Assembly: GCF_018350175.1 (NCBI RefSeq)
Contig: NC_058381.1
Location: forward strand, 26,164,001-26,228,000
Direction: 5' to 3'
Source: Felis catus
Taxonomy: Eukaryota
Length of the DNA: 64,000 nucleotides
The translations under genes and the position numbers were made by a program. This document shows positions 28,993-41,989 of this stretch, one piece after another. Position 1 is the first letter of the stretch, and every line of letters begins with the position of its first letter. The notes beneath the pieces were generated by a model. It worked only from the letters and a program-made list of their open reading frames with translations, did not search any database and had not been told where the DNA came from.

Positions 28993-30285
28993 TGATAACT
29001 GTTTAACTTTTTGAGAGAAACCACCAAACTGTTTTCCAAAGTGGCTGTACCATTGTATATTCCACCAGGAATTCCTTGCCATTTTTTGAATATGCCAGCC
29101 ATGTACCTCCTTGCTCCCCAACTGCTTGCTTGAAGAGGTCGTCCTTTACAAAATTGTCACCCACCTTCACCCTCCCCATTGTCCTCCTCCCCTCCTGTGA
29201 CTGTTGTCATTATTGACATCTCACGCTATGCATTTTTTATTTTATTCATTTTCTCCCTTCATTAGAACATGAGCTTTGTTTTGTTCATTGTATTGTTCCC
29301 AGCACAGTGCCCAGCACATAACATCTGTTCAAACAATGTTTGTGGAGTAACACATGAATGAAGACGTGGATGGCACTCTGCTGGGGACACAGCGTACAGT
29401 ATGGTGAAGCCTCAGAGAGGTGCCCTGAGCATCACCAAGGGCCCCTTACCTCCACCTGTCAAATCTGTCATGGGGGCTCAGTCCAGACCACTCATGCTTT
29501 CACCCTCATCAGCCAGGGTGACAGAGGATCAAACCTCTTCCCTAAGGAAGAGGGAAAAGGTGGGGGAAGCATGTTTGTTCACCACACAATCATTAAATGG
29601 GTCCACCTGTCAGGACACTGTCAGGCAACAGTTTAGTCAAGGACTTGAAAGGTGGCCATTGAAGAGGGCAGTAGACTGTGACATCAATGCCCTGTATCAG
29701 CCCAGTCTGCCTCAGACACTGGATGTGAGAGCTGCTTGACAGGAAAGGATGCTGGCCTTTCCCAAGCCAGGAGTGAGGGACAAACCATCACAGCTGCAGG
29801 CTGACCCGGTGGGTCTTTTACAGCCTCATCTCAGCTGGCCTCTGGGCACATTAGTCAGGATCCCTCAGTTGCAAGGGACAAAAATCAAGCTGAAGAGAAA
29901 TAGTTCACTGGAGCATGTGGTACCTAGAAGTGCAGGGTTAGGATGCTGGGGACGAGCGACATGAATGTCCCCAGCTCTCTCTGTCTTCTCTCCTATTGCT
30001 TTTCTTTGCATGTTGGTTTCACTCTCTCCTACCATGGTTGAGCTTCTTCATGGCACAAGGAGCTTGGCTACAGAATTCAGCTTAGTGGCCCTGCTGCTCC
30101 CCTGCTGACACACTCACTGCCCTCATACATGCACACAAGTAATCCATTCCCATCTGCCACTGTGGTCTGTACGGTTACACCAGAAAATCAGGCGGGCTTG
30201 TTGGTCTCTCGAAGAATGCCCTCCAGGTGCCAGGTACTTGGCAATATAATTTCTTTTAATCCACACAACTGCCCTGCAGAAAGAT

Positions 30286-31330
30286 ATATTGGTTAGGGCT
30301 TTTTCACCTCCCACTGACAAGAAGCCCAGCTCAAATTAGCTTAAGCCAAAAAGGGAGTTTATTGCTCACATAACTGATAAAAACAGGAGTGGACTTTAGG
30401 CATAGCTAGATCCAGGGAGACAGATTAGTTGGGCTGTCTCTCATTAGCTCCAGTTCTTTTATTATTATTATTTTATTTTATTTTAGAGACAGAGAGAGAA
30501 TGCAAGAGGGGGAGAAGGGCAGAGGGAGAGAGAGAAAATCCCTAGTCAGCGTGGAGCCTGAAGGTGGACTCGATCCCACAACCGTGGCATCATGACATGA
30601 GCTGAAATTGAGAGCCAGACTGGGGACATACGGGGAAATACAGACTGGGGACAGTCGGTTAAGCCACCGACTTGGGCTCAGGTCATGATTTCGCAGTTTA
30701 AGCCCCGCGTCAGGCTCTGTGCTGCTGGCTCAGAGCCTGGAGCCGGCTTTGGATCCTGTGTCTCCCTCTCTCTCTGCCCCTCCCCTGCTCATACTCTGTC
30801 TTTCTCTCTCTCTGAAAATTAAATAAACATTTAAAAAAATGTTAAAGAGTCAGACCAAATGAGCCACCCAGATACCCCTGCTCCAATTCTTTTTTTTTAA
30901 GGATCCCCCCCCCCCCAGTAATCTCCATGCCCAGTGGCACTCAAACTCACAGCCCTAAGATCAAGAGTCACATGTTCTTCCAACTGAGCCAGCCAGGTGC
31001 CCCTCATTAACTCCAGCTCTTAACCTGACTCCCCTCTGTATTGGCTCAGGAACATTCTGCCCACACAGCTGGAAAGATGCCCAAGGCATCCAAAGCCTGG
31101 ATGGCCTTAACAGCCCTCAATCCCAGGGGCAAGAGAGAGGCCTGCTCTCTGTGTGTAGAGGAAACTACTTGAGGATACTTGGGCTTCTCGAAGGTCACGT
31201 ATCTATTCAGTGGACATGGGAAGGGCAACTCTAATTGGCCAGGCCAGATCACATGCCACCCCTGCAGCCAGAAGATAAGATAGACCTATGGGCAGTGGTG
31301 CCACAAGAATTGGGAAGGAGCAAACAGATT
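30286..31330 (+). mobile_element. Old MaLR LTR (MLT1J/K-like) interrupted by three CAN-SINEs (30456-31003)
   Basis: ctcaaattagcttaagccaaaaagggagtttattgctcacataactga start and ctaattggccaggccagatcacatgcc later; SINE bodies at ~30456-30620 plus 30846-30878 (-), ~30650-30845 (+) and ~30888-31003 (-). Confidence 0.7.
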
Positions 31331-32245
31331 GCATATGACCAGCTATTGTTGGTATAATTTTCCTATTGTACAAATTAGGAAACTGAGGCATAGGGAGATT
31401 AGGAAACTCACCAGGGCTAGAGACACAGTTGGGATTCAAACTTTTGTCTGTCTGCTCTTCCCAGAACATCACCCTACCCCTTTTTAAAGTGATATTGAAA
31501 CATCACCTGATGAAGTAGAATCTTGTTGACAGCTATATTGTTCCCAGCACCTCTTGTGGCAGCTGTCACAGAGAGGATGCCCTGGGAGGAGGGGGTGGCC
31601 ACACTCTCAGACTAAATTTTTTACAAGCCCTGCTCCACGATTGAAAGAGTCTCTAAGATCATTAACTCCTGTTGCCATACTGAATCACTGAGTCAGTAAT
31701 CCATCACCTGGCCTCTGTTTGGACATTGCCCTTACAAGGAACTCACCACCTCTCAAGGTAGGCAACCTATTCCAGATTTGAACTAGTCTAATGGCTAGAA
31801 ACATCCCCAGTGATTAGAAACAGTGTAGTTTGGGCTGGCTCCTGATTGTCTTCATTCATCTGTAGGAAAGCTTTTGGATTATAAGTGGAGGAACAGACAG
31901 AATTCTCTAGAGGGGGAACCATCTAAATACTTGAAAGTTGTCATGCACCCCTTTTCCTCTAACCCACCCAGTCATCTCCCTAATTTCCTCAACTGCTTTC
32001 CACTAATAAGAATCTATGGTCTCAAGAGACCCTTTGAAAAATGTGGGCCTCAGCGGGTAGAGCACAGAACACAGCATCTCTCTCTTCCTGCACTGGTTTA
32101 ACTAGAACTCAGTATCACTTGCTTTTTGGCAACCATGAAGCACTATTGGCTTAAATTGGTTCTATGGGGTCAGCTGTTTGGCCACATCATCTCTCCATTA
32201 TGGACAAGTGACACTGATTTTTATTTTAATCAGAAATGATGGGTT

Positions 32246-32463
32246 GGGGCACCTGGGTGGCTCAGCTGGTTAAGCACCTAACTCTTGATTTCAGCTCAGG
32301 TCATGATTCACAATTTGTGAGTTTAAACCCCATGTCTGGCTCTGTGCAGAGGCTGCTTGGGATTCTCTGTCTCCCTCTCTCTCTGCCCCTTCTCTGCTTG
32401 CATTCTCTCACTCTCCCTGTCTCTTAAACATAAGTAAGTAAACATTTAAAAGAAAAAAGAAAA
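32246..32463 (+). mobile_element. CAN-SINE
   Basis: ggggcacctgggtggctcag head, CT tract, A tail; flanking agaaatgat repeat. Confidence 0.92.
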
Positions 32464-32499
32464 GAAATGATAGATCAATGGTGGTTTTTTCTTTTTTAC

Positions 32500-34233
32500 A
32501 AAAACGATAAAACCTATTTTAAAATTCATATAGAATTTCAAGGAACCCTAAATAGCCAAAAACAATCTTAAAAAGGAAGAAAACTCACGTTTCCCAATGT
32601 CAAAACATATTACAAAATTACAGTGATTAAAACAGTGTGCTATCGGCATTAGGACAGATGTATAGACCAATGGAATAGAACCGAAAACCCCCAAATAAAC
32701 CTTCACAACTATGGTCAATTGATTTTCCACAAAGGCGTGGAAACTATTCAATAGGAAAAGGAGAGTCTTTTCAACAAATGGTGCAGGGAAAACTGGATAT
32801 CCACATTTAAATAATGAAGTTAGATTTTTACCTCATACTATATATAAAAATTACTCAAAATAGATCAAAGACCGAAAATGTAAGAACTCAAACTATAAAA
32901 CTCTTAGACGAAATCATGGGAGAGAATCTTCATGGCCCCTAGATTTGGCAATGGTTTCTTAAATATGATACCAAAGCACAAGTGACAAAAGAAAAAAATA
33001 AATAAATTAGACTTCACAAAATTAAACACTTTTGTTCATCAAAAGACATTATCAAGAGAGTGAAAAAGCAACCAAAAGAATGGAAAAATCTTGCAAATTA
33101 CATATCTGATAAGGGTGTAACATCCAGAACATATAAAGAACTACAGCTCAATAACNNNNNNNNNNNNNNNNNNNNNNNNNNNNNNNNNNNNNNNNNNNNN
33201 NNNNNNNNNNNNNNNNNNNNNNNNNNNNNNNNNNNNNNNNNNNNNNNNNNNNNNNNNNNNNNNNNNNNNNNNNNNNNNNNNNNNNNNNNNNNNNNNNNNN
33301 NNNNNNNNNNNNNNNNNNNNNNNNNNNNNNNNNNNNNNNNNNAACAAAACCAAGTGTTGACAAGGATGTGGAGAAATTGGAGCACTTGCATATCTTGTTG
33401 GGAATCTAAAATGGTGCTGTCCTTCAAAAGGCTAAACAAAGAATTACCTTATGATCCAGGAATTCTACTCCTGGGTATATACCCCTAAGAATTGAAAACA
33501 GGATTTAAACAGACAGTTGTAACCTATGTTGATTACAGCATTATCCACAATAGTTAAATGGTAGATACAACCTGAGTGTCCATCAACAGATGAATGAAAA
33601 AACAAACTTTGGTTCATATGTACAAGAGAATATTATTCAGCCACAAAAAGAAACAAAGTTCTGATATATATTACAACATGGGTAAAACCTGAAGGCATTG
33701 TGCTAAAGGGACAAATATTGTATGATTCCACTCACATAGAATGTCTAGAATAGGAAAATTTTTAGATCCAGAAGGTAGGCTAGAGGTTACCAGGGGCTGA
33801 GGGAAGGGGGAAATGAATTATTGCTTAATATGTGCAGTTTCTGTTTAGGATGATGAAAATGTTTTGGAAATAGATATTGCTGATGCACAAAATGTGAATG
33901 TACTTAATGCCACTGAACTGTACAATGAAAAATTATTAAAATGGTAAATTTTACATTATATATGTTTTACCACAATTAAAACTTTTTTACATGATTAGGG
34001 CACCTGAGTGGCTCAGTCAGTTAAGCATCTGACTCTTGATTTTGGTTCAGGTCATGATCTCAGGGTTTGTGGGTTTGAGCCACTTGGGATTCTTTCTCTC
34101 TCTGCTCTTCCCCCAATTTCTCTCTCTCTCTCTCTCTCCCCCCCAATAAAGAAATAAACTTAGAAAAATGTTTTTACATGATTAAAATGGCAATTTTTAT
34201 GTTGTATATATTTTACCTCAGTTAAAAAAAAAA
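32500..34233 (+). mobile_element. L1 (L1M) 3' fragment: degraded ORF2 C-terminus and 3'UTR, with a CAN-SINE at ~33998-34165
   Basis: agtcttttcaacaaatggtgcagggaaaactggata, ELPYDPGILLLGIYP, tgtccatcaacagatgaatg; multiple frameshifts; N gap 33155-33342. Confidence 0.9.
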
Positions 34234-34907
34234 GGTAATGGGTCAGCACTGCTGCAAGGTCATAAAATACCTTCAATGTGAACTTGAAAAAGGGTCCTCT
34301 TCCTCGGGGTGAAATTGAGTGGAGTGCCTTCATTTTAGCTCCCATTTAGTCTCTCAACCTGTAAGATGCATTTGGGGAGTGAACAGCCTATGCAACCATA
34401 CATGGTGACCATGTGCTACATTTTCTATTTCTGTCTGTTTCTGGTTGGTGAAAATCATGTTGGGTCTTCATTCTGTTATCCAATATACTTGCCATCTCCC
34501 CCAGTTTGGTGATACCTACAGAGCTGATACTATGCCATCTTCCACACCATTGATTGAAAAGTCAAACTGGGCAGAACTCTGTGGCTCCTCAGTAGAGCCC
34601 TCCTGCCAGACTTCTACTGACTTGGACTAACACCCTTAGGGTATGACTGTCTAACTGCCACTCGTCCTACTTGTGCCTCTGCAATAATACATATATCATC
34701 ATGCTGTGTCCTGTCTCCTTCCTCGCTAGTAGTCTCCACATTTTCCCACATTGTCCTCAAAGATTTCTTGAGAACTAGATCAAAGTCTTCACCAAACTCC
34801 AGACACAGGGTATCTCCTTCATCTGCCAGTCTGGATATCCTATTACAAAAGAAAATGAGATTTTTTTTGGTCTGCATGCATCTTTAAGGGGATGGGATAA
34901 AGCAGGG

Positions 34908-35081
34908 AAATGGTTTCCCAATTTGAGCATGGCTAAAAATAACCTGGAGGGTGACTGTTAGGCTCTGCCCAAAGAGATTCAGATTCAGGAGGTCTGAGTG
35001 GGGCCCCAGCACTTGTATTTCTGGTAAGTTCTCAGTGATGGTAAAGCTACTGGCCCAGAGACCACATTTTGAGAACCACTG
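34908..35081. mobile_element. MER5A-like hAT-Charlie MITE
   Basis: gattcaggaggtctgagtgggccc...gaccacattttgagaaccactg terminus. Confidence 0.75.
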
Positions 35082-36344
35082 ATGTATGGGGGCAAAGGAA
35101 ATGCTTTGGAGTCAGGTAGACCTTAACTTGTTTGCATGTCAGTTTCTTTGAAATCAAGATAGTAATCCCACCTAATATGGTAGCTGTGGATTAAAAAGAG
35201 AATGCATAGAAACACTTAGCTTGGTGCCTAGCACATAAGTGATCAATAAACATTGACATATTAATATATCTGGTAATGAATCTGGGCTGGCTGCTTTTCT
35301 GAGCCACTCACACACCATTGCTAGATCATCCATCTGCACATTGGAGCAGGGGGTTGGTCAGTTACTGGCCTCAGTTTTTCTTGGGTTAACCTGGGTAGTG
35401 GGTAGGTTTCAAAATTGGTTACCTGAAGAAAGTAGATTGATTAACTAAGAAAGAAGAGAAGAGAATAAACCCTTCAAGTGGGAGGAAGGAGCCCTGGCTG
35501 AACTGGGGGAGGATTCCTCTACCTTCTGTTTCTCTTTTGTCTCTTAGCTGGTTACTTCTAATACAGTCAGAATCTTACTTTCCAAAGCCCATTCATAGAT
35601 AGCAAGTCAAGAAGATGGGTGCCCAGCCAAGCCTGGCTCCCAGGCAGAGCAAACCTCTGCCCTAGATGGATGGGACTCCCAAAGCAGACCTCTGCCTCAC
35701 CCTGAGCATCCTCATTCCTGCCACACCTCAGATGCTGGGCTTCCTGCCTTACTCTTGAGATGCATGTTTCAAAACTGAGATGTCACAATATTCTGTGTTT
35801 GTTCCTGCCTGGTGCTTCTGTCTCAGTGACAGTCCCCAGGCTCAGAGGTTGAGTAGGACTGATGGACAGAGCCAGCCAGGCAGCAGATTCATCCACCACC
35901 TCTACTCCCCTCTCCCAAGTCCACAGGCCTAGGCCTGAGAGGCCCCTCCCACCTCCCCCCGCCCCCCCCCCCAAATCTCCCAAGCTCTGAAAGGAGAAAA
36001 ATGTCCAAAACCTCCAAGAACTGTAGGAGCAGAGCCTGCCCCAGAACATGCTTCTCAGTACCTGCTGCAGGTACAACAAAGCAGTGGCTCTGGGGCTAGA
36101 CTGCTTCTTTGTTGGCTCTGCAACCATGGATATGTTAACAAAGCTCCTGATACAACGCAGTTTCCTCTTTTGTCAAATTGAAGCTAATGATCTTACCTGC
36201 CTCAGAATTGCCGAGAAGATTAAATGATTTTTTATGGCTAGTGCTCAGGACAGATCCTGACACATGCGAAACTCTTAGTAATATTGATTTCATTACTATT
36301 AGTTTCTGGGCCAGAGTTTTTTAAACTAATGGTATTTCCCCATC

Positions 36345-36770
36345 TGTAGTGGGTTCAACCGTGTCTCCTTCTCCCAAAGGTATATCTAAGTCCCATCCCC
36401 TGGTACCTGTGAATATGACCTTATTTGGGTAGGCTGTTAAGGATCTCAAGGTGATATCACCCTGGATTTAGAGTGGGCCTTAAATCTAATGAGTGGTGTC
36501 CTTACAAGAGAAAGGACACAAAGAGAGGCACAGAGTCAAAAAGGCCATGTGAAGAACAGATTTATGCCTGCCACAAGCCAAAGAAGTGGAGCCATCAGAA
36601 GCTGGAAAGAGGAAGGAAAGATTCTTCTTTAGAATTTTCAGAGAGAGTGTGGCTCTACAGGCAACTTGATTCCCAACTCTGGTCTGCATAACTGTGAGAG
36701 AAAAAATGACTATCATTTAAAGCACCAGGTCTGTGGTGAGTTGTCATGGCAGCCCTGGGAAATGAATACA
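36345..36770 (+). mobile_element. MaLR solo LTR (MLT1C-like)
   Basis: TG...CA termini; gtacctgtgaatatgaccttatttgg and cagaagctggaaagaggaaggaaagattct motifs; ends gcagccctgggaaatgaataca. Confidence 0.85.
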
Positions 36771-37229
36771 CCTTTCTTTCCGATTGTCCAGAGGCCCTGC
36801 CCAGGCTCACTCTCTCTTGCAAGGGTCTGTTCACATTTCTCTCTCCTCCTAGCAAAAACACCCACCTCTTGGGGAAATTTACCTTGATGTGAAGTGGAAA
36901 AAAATATAATTTAGCTAAAAAAAAGTCTTTCCCTCTGAGCATTAAAAACTTTCCCTCACATGCCTGCATTCCAAATGAAGCTTTCTTGGTGGAATGTGGG
37001 TCTGAAGATTTTCAAGTCCTTCTTGGTCTCCCTGGCTGGGCTGGCTCACTCTGCAGAGGGCACTTCTGCCCAAACACTGACCAGACCAAAAGGTCATGAG
37101 AAACCTCTTTGTGCTGCTTGGTCTGTAGGGCAGGCTTGGTACATCATTGTCCAAATAAATATTTATTGACTTAAGAGATAAGGGATGGGTTTTGCTGATG
37201 TCCCCACCTTTACCCTAGTCTTAGAAAAT

Positions 37230-37738
37230 TCCATGAGAAGTGAAAACATGTCCATACCCAGAGTTGTACACAAATGTTTAGAGAGGCTTTATTTACAATA
37301 GCCAAATCTGGAAATGATACAAATTCCATCAATGGGTGACTGAATAAACAAATGGTGGTATATCCCTATAGTGGTATACTACTCAGCAATAAAAAGGACT
37401 ATTCACCAGTATAGGTGAATCTCAAAGTCATTATGCTGAATGTAAGAAGCCAGACGCAAAAGAGTACATACTATACTATTCCATTTACATGTTATTCTAG
37501 AGAACAGAAAATTTATCGTGACAGGAAGACTAGAAGCTGCCTGGGGCTGGGGTAGAGGGAAGACTGGCTGCAAAGGGGCAGGAGGGGACTCTTGAGGGTG
37601 ATGGAAATATTCTGCATCTTGATCACGGTTATGGTTACACTGACGTATACATTTATCAGAACTCATCAAATCAATACTTTAAATGGGTTCAGTTTATTGT
37701 ATGTAAATTATATCTCAATAAAGTTGATTAAAAAGAAA
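37230..37738 (+). mobile_element. Old L1 (L1MB/ME-like) 3' end
   Basis: aataaacaaatggtggtatatcc, agaagccagacgcaaaagagtacatac, aaattatatctcaataaagttg. Confidence 0.85.
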
Positions 37739-37821
37739 ACTCTGTAAGCTGTGGGCCCTAAATACTACATCCTCTACTTCAATAAAAATAGAATATGCAT
37801 CTTGCATGTGGAGAAGTCTAC

Positions 37822-38032
37822 TTTTTAAAAAAAATTTTTAATGTTTATTTTTGAGAGAGAGAGAGACAGAGCATTAGTAGAGGAAGAGTAGAAAGAGAGA
37901 GGGAGACACAGAATCCAAAACAGGCTCCAGGCTCTGAGCTGTCAGCAGAGATGGATACGGGGCTCAAACTCAGGAACAGCGAGCTCATGACCTAGGCCAA
38001 AGTTGGACGCTCAACTGAGTCACCCAGGTGCC
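37822..38032 (-). mobile_element. CAN-SINE
   Basis: T tail, (GA)n, cacccaggtgcc end. Confidence 0.9.
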
Positions 38033-39170
38033 TCGAGAATTTATTTAGACAACAGATATGTATTGAACACCAGCCCAGTGTGTGGGCATCTGGTTGGCAC
38101 TGGGAGGTCCATAATGTAGGGTGTGCCCTCAGGAGGCCAGGGCTGAAACACAGCTTGCCAATTTCCCAAAGACAGATGAGCTAGGATGAAAAGAATGTGC
38201 CAAGGGAAAAGAATGTGTCATCAGTGCTACCTTGACTGAGATGCTTGTTACAAGTATTAAAAATGCCTGGGCTCCATCCCTGACTTAGAAATGCTGAAAA
38301 GGCCTAGGAATCTTTGTTCTTAATAAGTGTCCCAGGGAAATCTTCACATTGGGTAAATTTAGAGAAAATGGTCTCTATTTCAGGCAGAGGTAGGAATCCC
38401 CCCCCCTCCCCCCCATTTAGAGGACTTTGAACTAGAAGGGCCTGTGAAGGGTAACCCTTCCCACCCACCTACCTACCTACCTCTGGCCAATGGGAATCTG
38501 CCAACTCCTTCTTCCTCTCTGCTCCTGGAGTCTCAGCCTGTCTACCAGAAATTCCCCTGTTTAGTTAACTCTCTCCCCCTTCAGAAGCTCCTGACTTTTT
38601 GGTCCATCTTGGGAAAAATAGAAAAAAGTTCCCTCTCCCCAAATCCCACTATCTTTCAGAAGGGTAAATGTTTTATTAAGCAGTTCTGCAACTTGGGTCA
38701 AACATGTCGGTCCTTTGACTAGGCAGTGTTTCTGCTCCTCTGGCCTGAGAATTCAATGCTAACTTAACCTAGTGAACACATTCCCCATGGTCAGAGTGGT
38801 AGGTGTGAAGCTGTTGGGGGGGGGGGGGGGAATTCCTTCCTCTGTGCATTCAGGCCACAGGGAGAGGTGGTCACCATGTCAATGAGCACTCTCTACTCTG
38901 CAAGCAGACATTTTGTTTTCATGAGCAAAACCCCAACACATCAGGAGGATGTGTGGTAGCAGTGGGGACACAACATTCAGAAAAGTTCTATGTCACAGCT
39001 AGAGATCACCCAGTACCTCAGGGTCAGCAGCTAGACACCCTTCCCAAAGTTGGCCAGGACTTTGGGCAAAAGGCAAGCATTCAGGCCTTAGCTGCTATCC
39101 TTCTCCCAGAAGAGGAAAACTGTCCCCTCTTTGAAAACATGCCATGGTGACATTTTAAAATCCCAAATCA

Positions 39171-39608
39171 GGGGGCACCTGGGTGGCTCAGTCAGGTCGT
39201 TATCTCTCAGTTTGTGAGTTCAAGCCCTGAACTGGGTTTGCTGCTGTCAGCTCAGAGTCTAGAGCTTACTTCAGATCCTGGTCGTCCCCCCCCCCCCCCC
39301 GCCGCCATTCCCCTGCTCTTTCTCTCAAAAATAAATAAACATTAAAAAATAGGGGTACCTGGGGGGCTCAGTCAGTTAAGTGTCCAACCCTTGGTTTCGG
39401 CTCAGGTCATGATCTCACAGTTTGTGAATTCAGGCCTGTGTTGGGATCCTCACTGACAGGGCAGAGCCTGCTTAGGATTCTCTCTCTCTGACCCTCCCCT
39501 GTTCATGTGCTGGCACACATTCTCTCTCTGTCAAAATAAACTTTTTTTAAAAACCTATAAAAATAAATAAAATAAAATAAAATAAAATAAAATAAAATAA
39601 AATAAAAC
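39171..39608 (+). mobile_element. Two head-to-tail CAN-SINEs with an (AAAAT)n tail
   Basis: Heads at ~39171 and ~39352; TSD aaaatcccaaatca at 39157-39170 and 39609-39622 flanks both. Confidence 0.9.
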
Positions 39609-39775
39609 AAAATCCCAAATCACGACATCATGCTTGATAAAAAAAATTTGTAGATTGACGCAAAAAGTCAATCAAAGTTAAACATATATAAATTATGTTG
39701 TAGTTACATACAGAATAAATTACATTTCTGGAAAAGAATGCAATCAAGGCAAGACACTGTCTTGAAAATCTAGGC

Positions 39776-39965
39776 CAGTGATTCTAAATGGGGGCGATTT
39801 TGACTCTCAAGGGATATTTGGCAATGCTTGGAGACATTTTTGGTTTTTACAACCTAGGGTAGGGATGAGACCAGGAATGCTGCCAAACATTCCACAACAG
39901 GACAGCTCCACAACAAAGGATCAGCCAGTCTAAATGTCAGCCTGTGCCCAGGTCGAAAAACCCTG
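39776..39965. mobile_element. MER20-like hAT MITE
   Basis: cagtgattctaaatgggggcgattttg...ttggcaatgcttggagacattttt...gaaaaaccctg; 8-bp TSD atctaggc/gtctaggc. Confidence 0.85.
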
Positions 39966-40802
39966 GTCTAGGCTCTCTGGTGCTGTACCTGTGGACCCCA
40001 GGGTGTTGGCCCTGGCATTGGTTTCTGTCCTACTTACTTTGGTCCTGGCCTTGGTGTTGTTGTCAGAAGGGAGAGGCTTGGGACCCCTTGGCTCTCTGCT
40101 GCTTCCTCTCTTGTCAGCAGATATAAGGAGGCAACTGCCTTTGAAGAGGTGCCCAGGAACCAACCCAAGCATGATGAGAGTCAGGCAAGGTGTTGCATGA
40201 GTATCTCCCCTGGAAGAGTGTCCAGAGCAGAGACCAGCTGCAGCAAGGGGCAGGAAGGAGCACTGGATTTGAAGGGTTCTAGTTCTGCTTGACTCTGCTT
40301 CTGACTTGGTCACTTAATCTCTGAGCTTCAGTTTCTTCAGTTCCTCCTCTGGGCACAGGTGCCTGTTCTTGCCTTCCTCACAGGGTTGTTGTGAGGGTCA
40401 GGGGAGATGAAGGGTGTGACTGGGTTTTGGAAAACTCAAAGGTCAGGCAGTACCAACCCACCGAACAGCCTGTGTGTGTGGATACGGGAGTTTCCCAGGT
40501 GGCCAGCAAGAGGTGGGAGGATAACTCTGGGCTGAGAGATCAGAATGAGTAGCCTGTGGGGTTACAAACAACCAGGTACTAACGGAAGGAGAAGGAGGGG
40601 ATGGAGAAGGAGGGGTTGGGGGTGGCTGGCAGCACAGTGCTGGGCAGCAGATGGAGCCTTCGTTTGAGGATTCTGTTTTCTTTTGTAGCTCTCACACAGA
40701 GGGGGAAGGTGCTGTATAGCTGTCCAGGAGTCCCAAAGTTTTTAGGAATTTAGGAATTTGGAAAAAAATTTTCTTACTTATAAAACTTTCCTAATTTCTC
40801 CC

Positions 40803-41030
40803 TTTTTTTAAAAGTTTTTTTTTTTTTTTTTACTGTTTATTTATTTTTGAGACAGAGATAGAGCGTGAACAGGGGAGGGGCAGAGAGAGAGGGAGACACA
40901 GAATCTGAAACAGGCTCCAGGCTCTGAGCTGTCAGCACAGAGCCCGATGCGGGGCTCGAACTCACAGACCGTGAGATCATGACCTGAGCCGAAGTCAGAT
41001 GCTTAACTGACTGAGACACCCAGGTGCCCC
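40803..41030 (-). mobile_element. CAN-SINE
   Basis: Poly-T, (GA)n, cacccaggtgcccc; flanking ctaatttctc/ctaatatctc. Confidence 0.93.
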
Positions 41031-41469
41031 CTAATATCTCTTAATCCATAACCTTTGGCTATGGCTTTCTTTTCATGCACATGTGTGGGAGAGAACATCT
41101 AGTTTGTTCCCACAAATTTCTGTTGTTAGATATTTAATTTTGTTCCAACTAATGTTCATTATAGACCTTTCAGTTATTCCAAATTTGTGCCAATATATAC
41201 AACATAGAGAAGAAATAGCTACAAAAGAATTAGAAATTTAAAACTAGATTTAAAACACCTTAAAAAGGTGGACAGAAATGCTTAAAGATATCTAAAGGTT
41301 GCAAAACTTCACAAGGAACTAAAAACATGAATATGTTCAGAACATCAGCTGTGGGTATAAGTGTTCATCACTTCACAACCATGCTCCTAATCAACCTGCA
41401 TTGAGCCAACGACACAGCACTCACTCACTCCAGCATCTCCTTCCTGAGGTTGACCTATAGCACATGTGG

Positions 41470-41830
41470 CCTGAACCCTTGAACTACACAGGGGTTAGAG
41501 GCGCCCACCCCTGCACAGTCGAAAATCTGCCAATAACTTTCGGCTCCCCCAAAACTTACTATTAATAACCTACTGTTGACCAGAAGGCTTATGGTAACAT
41601 AAACAGTCGGTTAATATATATTTTGTTTGTTATATATATTATTTACTGNNNNNNNNNNNNNNNNNNNNNNNNNNNNNNNNNNNNNNNNNNNNNNNNNNNN
41701 NNNNNNNNNNNNNNNNNNNNNNNNNNNNNNNNNNNNNNNNNNNNNNNNNNNNNNNNNNNNNNNNNNNNNNNNNNNNNNNNNNNNNNNNNNNNNNNNNNNN
41801 NNAGTAGAAATGAGCATGTGTGTGTATAAA
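41470..41830. mobile_element. Tigger2-like Tc1/mariner fragment
   Basis: acccttgaactacacaggggttagaggcgccc...gtcgaaaatc...cctactgttgaccagaagg; partly in N gap. Confidence 0.75.
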
Positions 41831-41989
41831 TTTTTTTAGAGGCGGCAGTGGAGTATAGTGGTTGTACTTTCTGCCCAGAAATTACAAAGAGACCCCTATT
41901 TATCAGCAGTATAACCCTGGGGCTGTTACTCAATTTCTCTTGACTTTGGTTTTTTCATCTGTAAGAGATGGATAATAACGATGGTATGG

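Larger units (their letters stand above)
28011..29068 (-). mobile_element. Old L1 (L1M) 3' fragment interrupted by nested SINEs
   Basis: aagtgtacaattcagtgg..., catataaatggaatcataca, ccaaactgttttccaaagtggctgtacca are typical reverse-strand L1M 3' end motifs. Confidence 0.85.

Noticed and set aside
39934-40200. 88 aa ORF with a hydrophobic signal/TM-like stretch
   Set aside because: Begins inside a MER20-like element, has no promoter or splice context and no recognisable homology.
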